Source: Mobula hypostoma (Eukaryota). Taken from it: DNA of 64,000 nucleotides. The notes below the pieces were generated by a model. The model had not been told where the DNA came from and did not search any database. It saw only the letters and a program-made list of their open reading frames with translations. Below, one piece after another: positions 1 through 12,544 of this stretch. Every line of letters starts with the position of its first letter. The first letter of the stretch is position 1. The position numbers and the translations under genes are program-made. The stretch is taken from contig NC_086108.1 in assembly GCF_963921235.1 (NCBI RefSeq), positions 37,202,001 through 37,266,000 on the forward strand, read 5' to 3'.

Positions 1-419
1 TGATTTGATATTATTAAGTTACTAAGTAAACAAATGGTAGGCATTTGTATATTAAGGGTAGACATATTTGTTTAGCATAGTGTCCCAGTAAAAAAAAGTT
101 GATACACTATTAAAATAAAAGGGAAGGAGTGTACTGTATGGCCTACAGTATAATAAGGGACTACTTTATGTTGTAGGGACACGTCGTTGCATGCGCAATA
201 GGCATGTATTGATCTGTATGTGTGTGCCAAGTTTGGTTTCTGCCAGTAAAGAACCATGAACCTTAGCTCCCATCTCCAGTGTTTTTATTAATAGCATTGT
301 TGTGTAACCAGGCCACGTACACAACACTCTGTATTTCTTGGCTATCTGGAGAAGACAAATATCGGAGTTGTGTTGTACATGTATACCTTGACAATAATAT
401 AAACCTTAGAATCTTTTTC

Positions 420-830
420 AGTGGAGCAGGAGTAGGCAGAGCAGAGACTCCTGGACACGACTACCTGGACAGTCAGGTTTGTGGATCTTGGGTAGGTGGC
501 AGAAGGGCAGAGTACAAAGTACAGTGCGGGGTAAGGGAACTATGAGGTTGATGGTAGCAGATGGGAGTTATCCAGGGTTGATGAGGTCAGTGATCGTGTT
601 GGAGACAATATTCTGATGGCCTGGAGTAGGGTCCTCTTCAACGGGTAAGTAAGAGGAGGTATCTGAGTATTGGTACCTGGCTTCAGCAAGGTAGAGTTCA
701 GTTTGCTACACTACAACAGCTCCCCCTTTGTCTATGGGTTTGATAATAAGGTTGGGATCAGTGCTGAGCGAGTAGAGGGCAGTACATTCACAGGGGGTAA
801 TGTTTAAGGAGTAAGGAATACTAAATTTGA
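420..830 (-). mobile_element. Penelope-like element, degraded RT N-terminal fragment
   Basis: Minus-strand translation near 580-750 reads LIIKPIDKGGAVVV*QTELYLAEARYQYSDTSSYLPVEEDPT, matching the PLE 'IKPADKG..VV..Y..EA...L.D...Y....DPT' motif. Boundaries approximate. Confidence 0.65.
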
Positions 831-1814
831 ACCAGTTGACATACTAGACACCTTCTCTGTATCTCATTGGAAATCAGCCATAAATGCTGGCATGTTTTTA
901 AATGATCCAAAAAATGCTGAACAGTACATAATAATGTTTGCTACGCTTGGGTGCAATGATATATTCAAGGAAAGACTGATGTTGCATTTGGCCCTGTTTT
1001 ATTGCCGTGTTTCCCGTCCTCTAGGCTTTTTGCTTCAATGTTATATTCTGCTTACGATCATTTTTTTTTTGTAAATTGATGTTCCTATCATCACTACAAT
1101 AATCACTATAGGAGCATTATATTTGGTTAAATAATCTCCACCCGGCAGAAGCCAAACACCAGTTGTGAAATAGCAAGCTTCTCTCCTCTAGACCATTATC
1201 TCAATGTAACAGATTCATTCTCCGTTTCTTTATTCTACAAGAGACACAAGGGATTGCAGATGTTGGAATCTGGTTCAACATGCAATCTGCTGGAGAAACT
1301 CTGCAAATTGATTAGCATCTGTGGGGGAAAAGGAATTGTCAGTATCTCAGGTTAAAATGCTGCACTGGGAATGGAGAGGGGAAAGAGCAGTAGAAAGAGG
1401 AGCAGAGGAGGGGTGAGAGCTGGCAGGTATGTTGCAGTAGGCAGGGGAGAGTAAAGCGGTTGGAATTGGGAGTCAGTGGCAGGTGGGTGATAGATCAGAG
1501 TCACGTATAATATCACTGGCATATTTTGTGAACTTTGTGGCAGCAGTACAATGCAATACATGATAAATATAGAAAAAAACTGAATAACAGTAAGCAGGTA
1601 TATGTGTATTAAATGCTTAAATTAAGTAAGTAGTGCAAAAGCAGAATTAGAAAGTAGTGAGGTAATGTTCCTAAGTTCAATCTCCATTTAGAACTCTGAT
1701 GACAGAGAGGAAGAAGATGTTCCTGAATTACTGAGTGTGTTTCTTCAGCCTTCTGTACCTCCTTCCTGATGATAATGATGTGAAGGGCGCATGTCCTGTG
1801 TGGTGAGGTTGCTT

Positions 1815-2679
1815 GGTTACATAACCGACCACAATGAATACCAATCGAGGCAGGTTATATAAAAACAACCAAACATTTCTTAAGCACGGATAAACAATAA
1901 AAGAAAACAAACGAAAACCTTAACCAGAAGTTAACCGCTATGCGGCCGTTCAACAAATCGTCACTCGGTACTGGTTCTTAAAGCGATAAATGCGAAAACA
2001 GTTCTTAAAGCGGTAAAGTCGAATACAGTTCTTAAAATGGTGAATTCGAGAGTCCAACAGATTTATACATTCAATTGGGAGAGACTTCTCTAGAGAAGAA
2101 TTTCTTCAAAGATGCGACTTTCCCACTGGTTCTATCCAAAAGATTCACAATGAAGGAAATAAACGGCTTAGAACAATTCACCTTTCTTCTGGCGAGCAAA
2201 TCCTGCATGAACTACCATGCTCTTTTGGCAGGAGTTATCTACGATGCAGGTCGTTATTTCTTCAACGAAGACTCAATAAGGTCGATCCTTCGTTAAACTG
2301 CCGAACGATACCAACTTCTCTTAATCCTTCAGGTCCTGTACTTTGATAAAATTTTTACTCTCCAATACTACTGAAAAGGTACATCGACAAACCTGGCAGT
2401 AATTGCCAGTCCGGCACTATTGTACCTTACAATAGAACATAAAACTCCCTTGTAAAAATGAAACTGCGTCATAAAACAAATATGCAATGGAACGGAGACA
2501 CCGATGAAAGTTGTAGTTGGAAAACTAACTGTGTCACCAGAGGTCTTCCCTTTTATACCCGTGGTGAACATGTCATCACGTGACCTCAGATCGGTGGGAA
2601 ATTTATATCAGGTGACCTCCAAAAGACCATTACATCATTCTCACAAGAAAGTCACAAGACCTCCTTGAGGTCCGTAACA
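1815..2679 (-). repeat. 3' LTR of Gmr1-like element
   Basis: Direct repeat of 7624-8488. Termini GGTTAC (mutated TGTTAC)...TAACA. Sense-strand TATAAAA at ~2551-2557; three ~27-bp tandem units GTTCTTAAA... at ~1974-2050. Confidence 0.95.
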
Positions 2680-2689
2680 TCTCCCTCCA
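2680..2689 (-). other. Polypurine tract
   Basis: Minus strand reads ...TGGAGGGAGA immediately before the 3' LTR. Confidence 0.8.
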
Positions 2690-2877
2690 AAAAAAAATTT
2701 TGGTCTCTTAAGGAACAAAATTTTAACAATTAACAATTTACTAAAAAAAAACAAAGGGATGAAATTTACAACATACACAATATACACAGTATCATCTTTC
2801 AGCACGTTACAAACTAATATATAGTATGAGTATTACAAACGTTAAAATACTACTCCATAAAAAATTACATTGTACAT

Positions 2878-5800
2878 TTAACATCTAGATAGACAATCAG
2901 CGATCACATTATCTTTACCCTTTAATATGAGTGATCAAAATATTGCACTCCTGTAACATTAAACTCCAATTTAATAATCTTCTATTTTTGTTTTTCATCT
3001 TACTCAAAAAGCACTAACAGATCATGATTGGTATAAACAGTGAGTGGTTTATGAATACTTCTAACATACACTTCAAAATGTTGTAAAGCCAAAACAAGGG
3101 ATAATAATTCCTTTTCTACTGTTGAATAATTTCTTTGATGGGCATTAATTTTCTTAGAAAAATAAACTACCTGATGATCAACTTCAACACCATCATCTCT
3201 TTGAAGTAACACTGCTCCTGCAGCTTCATCACTAGCGTCTAACAAATGAAAATGGTTTTTCAAAGTCAGGAGATTTGAGTACAGTTTGACTACATATGAT
3301 AGTTTTCAATTTATCAAATGCTTCCTGACAAGACTCTGTCCAAACAAATTTTTCATTTTTCTTCACGAGATTAGTTAATGAAAGAGCAATATTAGCAAAA
3401 TTCTTACAAAATTTTCTGTAATATCCTACCATACCCAAGAATCTTCTGAGAGTTTTCTTACCAGTTGGAGTGGGTACTTCTAAAATTGCCTGAACTTTTG
3501 CTTGAACAGGAGCTAACTTTCCTTGACCCACAACATAACCAAGGTAAGTCACTGTGGCATGACCAAATTCACTTTTAGCTAAGTTATTAGTTAAGCTAGC
3601 TTTTGAAAGTCTCTCAAATAGTTTCTCCACCGCAGTAATATGTGCTTTCCACATATTATTTCCTGTAACTAAATCATCAATATAGGCATCTGTATATTTT
3701 AATCCATGAATCACACTATTAATCATCCTCTGAAAAGTACCTGGTGCATTCTTCATTCCAAATGGAAGAACATTATATTCATATAACTCAGATGGGGTTA
3801 CAAATTTAGAAATCTCTCTACCTCTATCTGTCAATGGAACACACCAATAACCTTTTAACAAATCAATCTTTGGAAGAAATTTGGCTTGTCTAACTTTATC
3901 CACACAATCGTCTAACCTAGGGATTGGATATGCATCAGCTTTTGTCATAGCATTCACCTTCCTGTAATCTGTACAAATCCTAATACTATTGTCTGGTTTA
4001 GGCACCATAACACACAGTGAACTACAATTCAAATTAGAATGTCTAATAATATCATTCTCTAACATATACTTAATTTCTTGTTCAGCAAGTCCTCATTTTT
4101 CCCAGTTCATTCGATACGGATGTTGTTTTATGGGTTTTGCATCTCCAACATCTACATCATGTGTAGCTACGGTGGATCTTCTAGGGACGTCTGGAAATAA
4201 ATCTCTATATTTAAAAATTATCTGTTTCATCTGCTCTCTCTGTTCCGGCTGTAAATGAGCTAATTTTTCATCAATATCTTCTAGAATTTTTGAATTTGGT
4301 AACCTAGCAGAAATAATGTTGGGTTTAAAATGAGTTTCAAGTGAATCATCCATTAAGTTTTTAGAAAGATCAGACTCATTATTGATCACAGCAGTCATAG
4401 TAGCAGCTTCTCTCTCATAATACGGTTTTATCATATTTATATGACACAGCTGTGTTGGCTTTCTTCGATCTGGGGTTTTTATCATGTAATCCACATCATT
4501 TACTTTAGATTTAATCTCATAAGGACCATGAAATTTAGCTTGTAACGGGTTTGTTTGCACCGGGAAAAGAACCAACACCTTATCTCCAGGCTTAAATAAC
4601 CTCATTCTAGCTTCCTTATCATACCAAGTCTTCATTTTCTCTTGAGCCAATTTTATATTTTCCTTTGCCAAGCTACAAGCTTTATATAATCTTTCATTAA
4701 ATTTTTAAACATAATTTAGCAAATTAGTGTGTACCTCTTTATTAATCCACTGTTCCTTCAATAAGGCCAAAGGTCCTTAAACTCCAAGCCCAAACACAAG
4801 TTCAAAAGGACTAAAACCTAATGATTCCTGTACTGCCTCCCTTTACTGCAAAAAGTAGTAAATGAATAGCTTCATCCTAGTCCTTTTCATTTTCCACACA
4901 ATATGTCCTAATCATAGTTTTTAATATAAAACTATGATTAGTCTCTTCAAGGCTCCTTGCGATTCTGGATGATAGGCTGTTGCGGTAATCTGTTTTGCTC
5001 CCAGTCTATAAACTATCTTCAGAAACAATCCAGACATAAAATTGCTACCTTGATCCGATTGTATTTCCTTAGGCAACCTAAAGTAAGTAAAGAATTTTAT
5101 AAGAGCCTTTGTCACAGTTTTGGCTGCTATATTCCTAAGAGGTATTGCCTCTGGAAACCTAGAAGCTGTGCACCTAATGGTTAACAAATATTGATGTCCA
5201 GTTTTAGTTTTTGGCAAAGGACCTACACAGTCTACAATGATTTTTGAGAACAGCTCACCAAATGCTGGAATTGGTTGCAGTGGGGCCACTGGAGTAACCT
5301 GATTAGGTTTACCCACAATTTGACACTTATGACACGTTCTGCAAAATGTCGATACATCTTTTCTTAAACTAGGACAGTAAAATTATTTAGAAACCTTGTT
5401 CATAGTTTTCTTTACACCAAAATGGCCACCCGAATGTATACTATGAGCCATAGTTAAAATCTCATTTCAATAAACTTTAGGAACTACTACCTGATGATTA
5501 ACTTCCCATTCCTCACTAGCAGGAATTGTAGGTGATCTCCACTTCCTCATTAATACTCCCTTTTCAAAATAATATTCTACTGGCACTTTTTCAATTTCAC
5601 TATCTGGAAGAGCTTGCTCCTTTAATTGAACTATCTCAGGATCTCTACACTGCTCTGCTATCATCTCCTTCCGAGATAAAGACAAATCTTCATGGTCAGA
5701 CTTACTACCAAAATCCTGATCAAATAATGTTGGTAAGAAATTTTCTGATACATCCTCAAAATTCGCATCCCGAGTTGAACTGTCATGGGTAACAACCTCA

Positions 5801-7485
5801 TCCTGTACATCAGTCTTTTTAGCTATAGCTCTTGTTACAACACAGGAAGAATCTGTGTTAGAATCCCTCTGTGGTTCCTCAGAATTGGGATTTATTGTCA
5901 AATACACTTCAGGAAAAACTTGTCCACCTGCTAAGTCATTCCCTAACAAAAGAGAAACATCATTCACAGGTAAACTGGATTGTAGTCCTACTTTAACAAC
6001 CCCTGTAACTAATCCTGACCTTAAATTTACTCGATGTAAATGTACTGGCATAAGGACACTCGCAACTCCTCCTATATAATTTACCTCACCAATGTCAGAC
6101 TCATCACTAAACGTTAGCACACTGTCTAATATTAGTGATTGAGAAGCTCCAGTATCTCTAAGTATTCTTATTGGCATTGAATTGGATCCTTCTTTCAAGG
6201 ATACAAATCCTTCTGTTATAAAATGTTCATATCCCCTCTTAACTTGGTCAGACTCTGACAAATCTTCATTAGTGTTTTCTGAACCCTGTGGGTTTACAGG
6301 TGTTTCAATATGCTGCACACAAGCATCTGGGACTGCTTCCTTCTCTTTCTTTTTCAATCGGAAACAGTTAGCTACTACATATCCAGGTTTCTTACAATAA
6401 TTACAAATAATACCAAAATGTCTTTCCTTCACATGTCTCCCTTCATCCTTACTTTTCTCACTAACTTCAGATTTAATTTCTGGTTTACTTTGACTCTCTG
6501 TGCTATTTTTCCTTTTAAAATTTCTACCTGGAGAAAATATATTCGTATGAATTAAAGCATACTTATCAGATAATTTAGCAATCTCCTGCAACATAGCAGT
6601 GTTCCTTTCAGTTAAGTACATTCTTACTTCAACAGGAATGCTTCTTTTAAATTCCTCCAGTAAAATCAACTCTTTTAATGTATTATACTCCCCATTCACA
6701 TTTTTAGAGGAAACCCATCTCTCAAAACACACAGATTTCTTATAGGCAAATTCCACATAAGTTTTTTCCACAGATTTCTTCAAATTTCTGAATCTTTCTC
6801 TATACGCTTCCGGAACCAACTCATATGCCTTCAATATGTGCTGCTTAACAAAATCATAATCCAGTGCTTGCTCAGCATTTAAAACTGTATAAACTTGTTG
6901 TGCCTTGCCTTTAATTACACTTTGTAACATCACTGGCCATTGGTCTTTCGGCCACTTTAAACTCAGCGCAATAGTTTCAAAATGCTGGAAATATTTGTCC
7001 ACTTCAGCTTCTTTAAATGGAGGAGCCAAAATAACCTCACGACTAGCAATAAAATGTTTCTTATAACCAGAAGACTGATTTCCCATCCTTAATTTCTCCA
7101 TCTCTAGCTCAAATTTCCTTTGATTTTCAGCTTCTCTTTCTTAAAATTCCCTTATTTTATGGGCCTCTCCAGCCTCAAATTCCTTCTGTTTATTTTCACC
7201 TTTTAACCAACTTCTTTCCAAATCAGCTTCTAATTGCTTTAAATTTATTTGTTCAAGATGTACCTGCATTTCCAGATTACTCACTGGAAACCTATCTAAC
7301 ACCTCATCCTCAAACATTTTCAAATTGATATAATGCTCAGCGATTTTTCTTTGAATTAAGGCCTTTGTGGTACTCTTCACAATTACCTTAATATCCAACC
7401 TCCTAGCAATCTCCAATACAACAGGTTTTCTTGCATTCACTAAAAACCCTGGGTCAGGCGAATCCATAAAGTCATCAATATTCAT
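2878..7485 (-). pseudogene. gag-pol polyprotein of the Gmr1-like element: SCAN-like capsid, Zn knuckle, aspartic protease, integrase, RT, RNase H
   Basis: ORF pieces 7141-7512, 5467-7101 (PEAYRERFR..ELILLEEF; CNYCKKPGYVVANC; LRDTGASQS), 4921-5316 (VDCVGPLP; SDQGSNF; HPESQGALKR), 4093-4671 (GPY module), 3232-4065 (LPFGMKNAP; YIDD), 3000-3263 (DAS; YSTVEKELL). Ends NVIADCLSRC*. In-frame stops at 7141 and 5467 plus frameshifts. Confidence 0.93.
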
Positions 7486-7598
7486 TGCTGCTGTATACCA
7501 CTCACACACCAATCAAACAAAAAAAAAATCGGGTATTTCCCTTTTCCAAATCAGAATGGCAATTAAACCAGCACTTAAGCACAAAAATTTGGAATAAG

Positions 7599-7616
7599 AT
7601 CCCGGACGAACCCCCA
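7599..7616 (-). other. Primer-binding site, tRNA-Pro
   Basis: Minus strand TGGGGGTTCGTCCGGGAT, one mismatch to the canonical tRNA-Pro PBS TGGGGGCTCGTCCGGGAT, 7 nt inside the 5' LTR. Confidence 0.88.
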
Positions 7617-7623
7617 CAATTTC

Positions 7624-8488
7624 TGTTACGTAACTGGCCACAATGAATATCAATTGAGGCAGGTTATATAAAAGCAACTAAACATTTATTAAACATGGAT
7701 AAACAATAAAAGAAAACAAATGAAAACCCTAACCGGAAGTTAACCGCTATGCGGCCGTTCAACAAATCGTCACTCGGTACTGGTTCTTAAAGCAATAAAT
7801 GCGAAAACAGTTCTTAAAGCTGTAAAGTCGAATACTGTTCTTAAAATGGTGAATTCGAAAGTCCAACAGATTTATGCTTTCAATTGGGAGAGACTTCTCT
7901 GGAGAAGGATTTCTTCATTGACGCGACTTTCCTGCTGGTTCTGTCCAAAAGATTCACGATGAAGGAAATAAACGGCTTAAAACAACTGACCTTTCTTCTG
8001 GCGAGCAAATTCTGCATGAACTACCATGCTCTTTTGGCAGGAGTTATCTTCGATGCAGGTCGCTACTTCTTCAATGAAGACTCAATAAGGTCGATCCTTT
8101 GTTAAACTGCCGAACGATACCAACTTCTCTTAATCCTTCAGGTCCTGTACTTCGATAAAGCCTTCACTCTCCAATACTACTGAAAAGGTACATCAACAAA
8201 CCTGGCAGAAATTGCCAGTCCAGCACTATTGTACCTTACAATAGAACATAAAACTCCCTTGTGAAAATGAAACTGCGTCATAAAACAAATACGCAACGGA
8301 ACGGAGACACTGACGAACGTTCTAGCTGGAAAACTGACTGCATCACCAGAGGTATTCTCTTTTATACTCGTGGCGAACATGTCATCACGTGACCTCAGAT
8401 CGGCGGGAAAATTACATCAGGTGACCTCCAAAAGACCATTACATCATTCTCACAAGAAAGTCACAAGATCTCCTTGAGGCGTATAACA
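7624..8488 (-). repeat. 5' LTR of Gmr1-like element
   Basis: TGTTAC...TAACA termini; direct repeat of 1815-2679. Confidence 0.95.
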
Positions 8489-10291
8489 GCTTAATGAAAG
8501 ATGCCACCTTCCTGAGGCACCACTCCTTGAAGATGCCTTGGATATTATGGGCACTAGTACACATGATGGAGCTGACTAATTTTACTACTTTCTACAATTT
8601 ATTTCAATCTCATGCAGTTGCCCCCACCCCCCATACCAGACGGTGACGCAGCCAATCAGAATGCTCTCTATGGTATATCTGTAGAAGTCTTTGAGTGTTT
8701 ATGTGACAAACCAAATCTCCTCTAACTCCTAATGGAATATAGACACTGTTTTGCCTTCTTTATAGCTGCAACAATACGTTATGACCAGGTTAGATCCTTA
8801 GGGAGATATTGACTCCCAGGAACTTGAAAGTGCTCATTTTCACTACTTCTGCTCCCTCTATGAGGATTAGTTTGTTTTCCCTTGTCCTACCCTTTCTGAA
8901 GTTCACAATCAGTTCTTTGGTCCTGCTAACACTGAGTGCAAGGTTGTTGCTACGACACCACTCAGCTAGTTGTTATATCCCACTCCTATATGCCCTCTCA
9001 TTGTCATCTGAGATTCTGCCAACAATGATGAAGATAAACAAAATGAAGAAAGGTAATGGAGAGAAAAAAAGTAAGAATATGAGAAGCAAATGGGGGGAGA
9101 GGAGAGGAGAGGAGAGTGAATGCTGGAAACTGCTCCTGGAGAGTGATAAACAGAAACACAAAAGGCTACCAATGCTAGGATCATATAAGTAAAGGAAGTG
9201 TGAATGGAAACCAATAGGGGGGAGGTGACTGGCAGATGGAAATAATTGATTCTACTGTACTGATCTCTTTGGGTATGCCGTTATTTATGTTCACTCATAT
9301 TGTGTACTTCCAATTTCCACTTACCTTCATGTGGCCAGATCTGAGTTTTCTTTATTCAGGGCTAGTCTTGACCTGAGCTAGCATTTTCCAAGCCACTTCA
9401 AATCATTATCTTCATGAATCTTTTTATCTTTGTATTTGATTTCAAAGCTCCCCAGTCCTGAGCCCCTTTTCAACACTACTCAAAAATTTGATTCAATAAG
9501 CTTGTCACACCAAATTAGATTCCATTTTTCTAGATGAGAGATTGCAACTGCCTGAAATATGCCAAACTTAGAAAGATCATAATCATTGTTTTTTTGCACC
9601 CAGATCTTGCTGGTAATTGATTGTTTAAATGGAAGCAAGTCCAAGTCTTCCATATAAGTATTATCTAAAGCAGAAGCCCAAGCATAAAGGAAATTCAATC
9701 ATAACTGAATAGTACTGAGATTCCCAAGCAGCATTGCTGGGCAATCACGTATTGGGTTCGATAGCAGGGTAGACCCACAGTGGTGGAATGGAGGTGGTTG
9801 CTAGGCTGGGTTGAATCGGGTTTGTATGGTAAAGTTCTGTATCTTCAACCTGTGTTACAAGGAGAGACATAGACCAAGTGGACCTAAGTACAGAGGAGAC
9901 CAGAGACGAGCATGGAGTTGAAAAAAGAATTTTTACCTGAGGATTGGTTTGTAGAGAACACACCTAGGACATAAGAATCACCACACACAGAGTAGGTGAA
10001 TGCAAGAACAAGCAAAGACAAACAAAACAGCAGGAACATAAATATCAATAGGTTTCAATAGGTACATGTAACATCAGAGAAATGTATACAATATACATCT
10101 TGAAATACTTTTTCTTTGCAACCATCCACAAAAACAGAGGAGTGCCCCAAAGAATGAATGACAGCTAAATGTTAGAAACTTAAAACCCCACCCAACTGCC
10201 CCCCATACATAAGCAGCAGCAAAGCAACGACCCCCCCTCCCCCACCAGCAAAAAAGCATTGACACCCCCCACCAAGCACTCAGGTGTGCAG

Positions 10292-11128
10292 TGTTACGTA
10301 CCCCGTAACTGGGTTGCCAAACCAGCAGAAATGGATCACTTAGTTGTAGTCTGGTTTAACAGAAGCTAATAAAGTTTTATTAAAGAAATAAGTAACACAG
10401 TACTCTAATCGTAAGGATATAAATGCAACAGGTTAGCAATGATAAAACACACATGTACACAGAACTAGGGTAATAGGAATCAACCAAGCTCTATCGCAGT
10501 CTAGGGGTAAAATGATCAGTCTCAAGTGACGTAGAGTTCAGTTCAGCTTAGTACAGTTCGCAGTAATCGCTGTTGTGCCGTTGGAGAGAGAGAGAGAGAT
10601 AGAGATATTCAAATCTGATTCAGCAGACCTTTGATGTTCTTCGCAGTTAGCTCTCGGGAGGACCCTTTGTTATGTCTTCTGTGGTCACCGACTGTGACCC
10701 CTCCGCTCCAGATACGACCGTTCTTCCGCGGTGAACCCGGCACCCAGGCAAGGGCGGACACACACACCAGGTTCCCGCCGATCGTACCCTTTCACCCTGT
10801 GCGTCTATGGTTGGTTCCCGCGACCAGACCTTCAAACTCCCACCAACTTGTGGGGGCACACCGCTCTTCCAGGGTCTTGTTATCTTGTGATCTCGTGGTA
10901 TGTCCCGTGCCTTAGCGAACCTGTTCTTTTTATCCCCCTGCCGGGGTATCACCTGTCCATCAAACTTCAAACAGTTCAGGTTCAAAGCAACCGGCCTGTC
11001 AATACTCTTAATTGTGTTTCTTTTCCGTTATCTCTCTCCTCTCTCATTAACATTTTGAACGCTTCTCCATTGTCTCCCTTATCTCTCTCATCAGTATCAA
11101 TCTTCTGATAACTTGGTTTGTTGTCACA
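10292..11128 (-). mobile_element. Solo LTR (837 bp)
   Basis: TGTTAC...GTCACA termini, TSD GCAG (10288-10291 and 11129-11132). Minus-strand AATAAA near 10376 gives the orientation. Confidence 0.85.
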
Positions 11129-11298
11129 GCAGCAAAGCATCAATAAAGACACAGACCTGCAGTACTCCAAAGACTACTCGTTCACCTGGTAATACGATAT
11201 ACCAGAGACTCTCTCTCTCCCTAATAAGGGAAAAAGAGGTGTCCCCATTTCACAGCGAGAGGGGAGACATAACAAAACAACTCGCTGGTTTATGCTGT

Positions 11299-12007
11299 TG
11301 TAGCCCCCTGGTAAGCCTCAGGCTCGCTTAGCTTGCTTTCGTCTAGGGGGAGCAGCCTTCAGCCCCGCCAAAATCGGTAATCAAGTTTGTGTGGATGCTG
11401 TGTGATGTACCCCGCCAAATAACAGACAATACACCATAGGCGATTAAATGATTACACTTTATAGATCTTACTGGAACTATGTAATTAATAGAGATAAAAT
11501 ATAAAAGGAAAATAAAAAGCGCCAAACTTATCAAAGTTCAACCACTTCGCGCACAACAGCTGGAGCTCAATTAACGGAGTCTTCTTTCCACCGTTTGATC
11601 CCCTCCGACCTCCTCGACCCGCCGCCTGGGACCAACCATGGTGGTCGACCAGACACTCCACACGAGTCTGTCTTCGTCTCCTCTCCTTGCCGAAGACCCT
11701 GGGCCTCGGACTCCTGCTCAGGGTCCGTCCCGCCACCCAGCTTACAGCATCGCGCCTCCTCTCTTTGCCCCCATCCACCTTCTGCTCCAAAACCCACGAA
11801 CAATAGCTTACAGACACACAAGAAAGAATAACATCTATCCCAATTGGTTCATTCTGTCTCTTATCAATTACATAACCCAAACAAGCAGAGCGAGAGAGAG
11901 AACTCCTTACATCGCAGTTATTATTACAGAAAAGCCATTTTATTATAACATACAAAGAAGCCATTTTGTTAGTCTTCACAGTAACATAAAAGAAGAAACC
12001 CCTTACA
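11299..12007. mobile_element. Solo LTR (709 bp)
   Basis: TGTAG...TTACA termini, TSD CTGT (11295-11298 and 12008-12011). Confidence 0.85.
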
Positions 12008-12544
12008 CTGTTAAAAGTCTGTTGCATCACTTTTCCTGAGCTCAGTGCCCAAAGAACTCAGGTCTCTGGGCACATAGCTAGCAGCCAGCTCCCTGCTTCT
12101 GATCTTCCAGGTACTTCCATGACACATCAGATGGCGGCCACAGCCTTGAATCAGCCTGTCTCCAGAGCCATGAAAATCCGGCACCCTGAAGGTGTGTTAG
12201 GCTCCCAGGCTATGTCCTTGGCTTATCGAAAAGCAGCTGGTTGTGTAGCCCTGAGAGCGGGACCCATTTCCTCAGAGAACCGAAGTCAGCATGTAACTCC
12301 AGGTCAGTGTCTTCAACAGAGCCTAAAAAGGTAAAAAAGAGATATCAAAGATAGAAATAGAGCTGTTTCAGAAGATGCAAGCAAAGGAGGCGTTGTTAGG
12401 CGCTATCATCCTAAGCTCTACCCCTCCAAATAATATAGAAACAAAACAAGGCTTAAGTCACTGTCAATAAAAATAAAACACAGGTGAAAATGATCAATTA
12501 ATATTCAGGGCAGGAGGAGTGTCGGGACCTGGAGGAATCTAGCT

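Larger units (their letters stand above)
1815..8488 (-). mobile_element. Full-length Gmr1-like Ty3/Gypsy LTR retrotransposon, inactivated
   Basis: Two 865-bp LTRs, 4-bp TSD GCTT (1811-1814 and 8489-8492), PBS, PPT, and domain order gag-PR-IN-RT-RNaseH. Confidence 0.95.
1500..9030 (-). mobile_element. Rex1/Babar-like LINE 3' fragment (about 1500-1814 plus 8493-9030) split by the Gypsy insertion
   Basis: The flanks rejoin across the LTR element and are colinear with the uninterrupted copy at ~59370-59950. Confidence 0.65.

Noticed and set aside
2075..8380. Duplicated small ORFs (2075-2296/7884-8105 and 2368-2571/8177-8380)
   Set aside because: They recur only because they lie inside the two LTRs; no independent evidence of coding function.
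9318..9480. Strong minus-strand splice donor AAG|GTAAGT
   Set aside because: All three upstream frames contain stops and no convincing acceptor was found.
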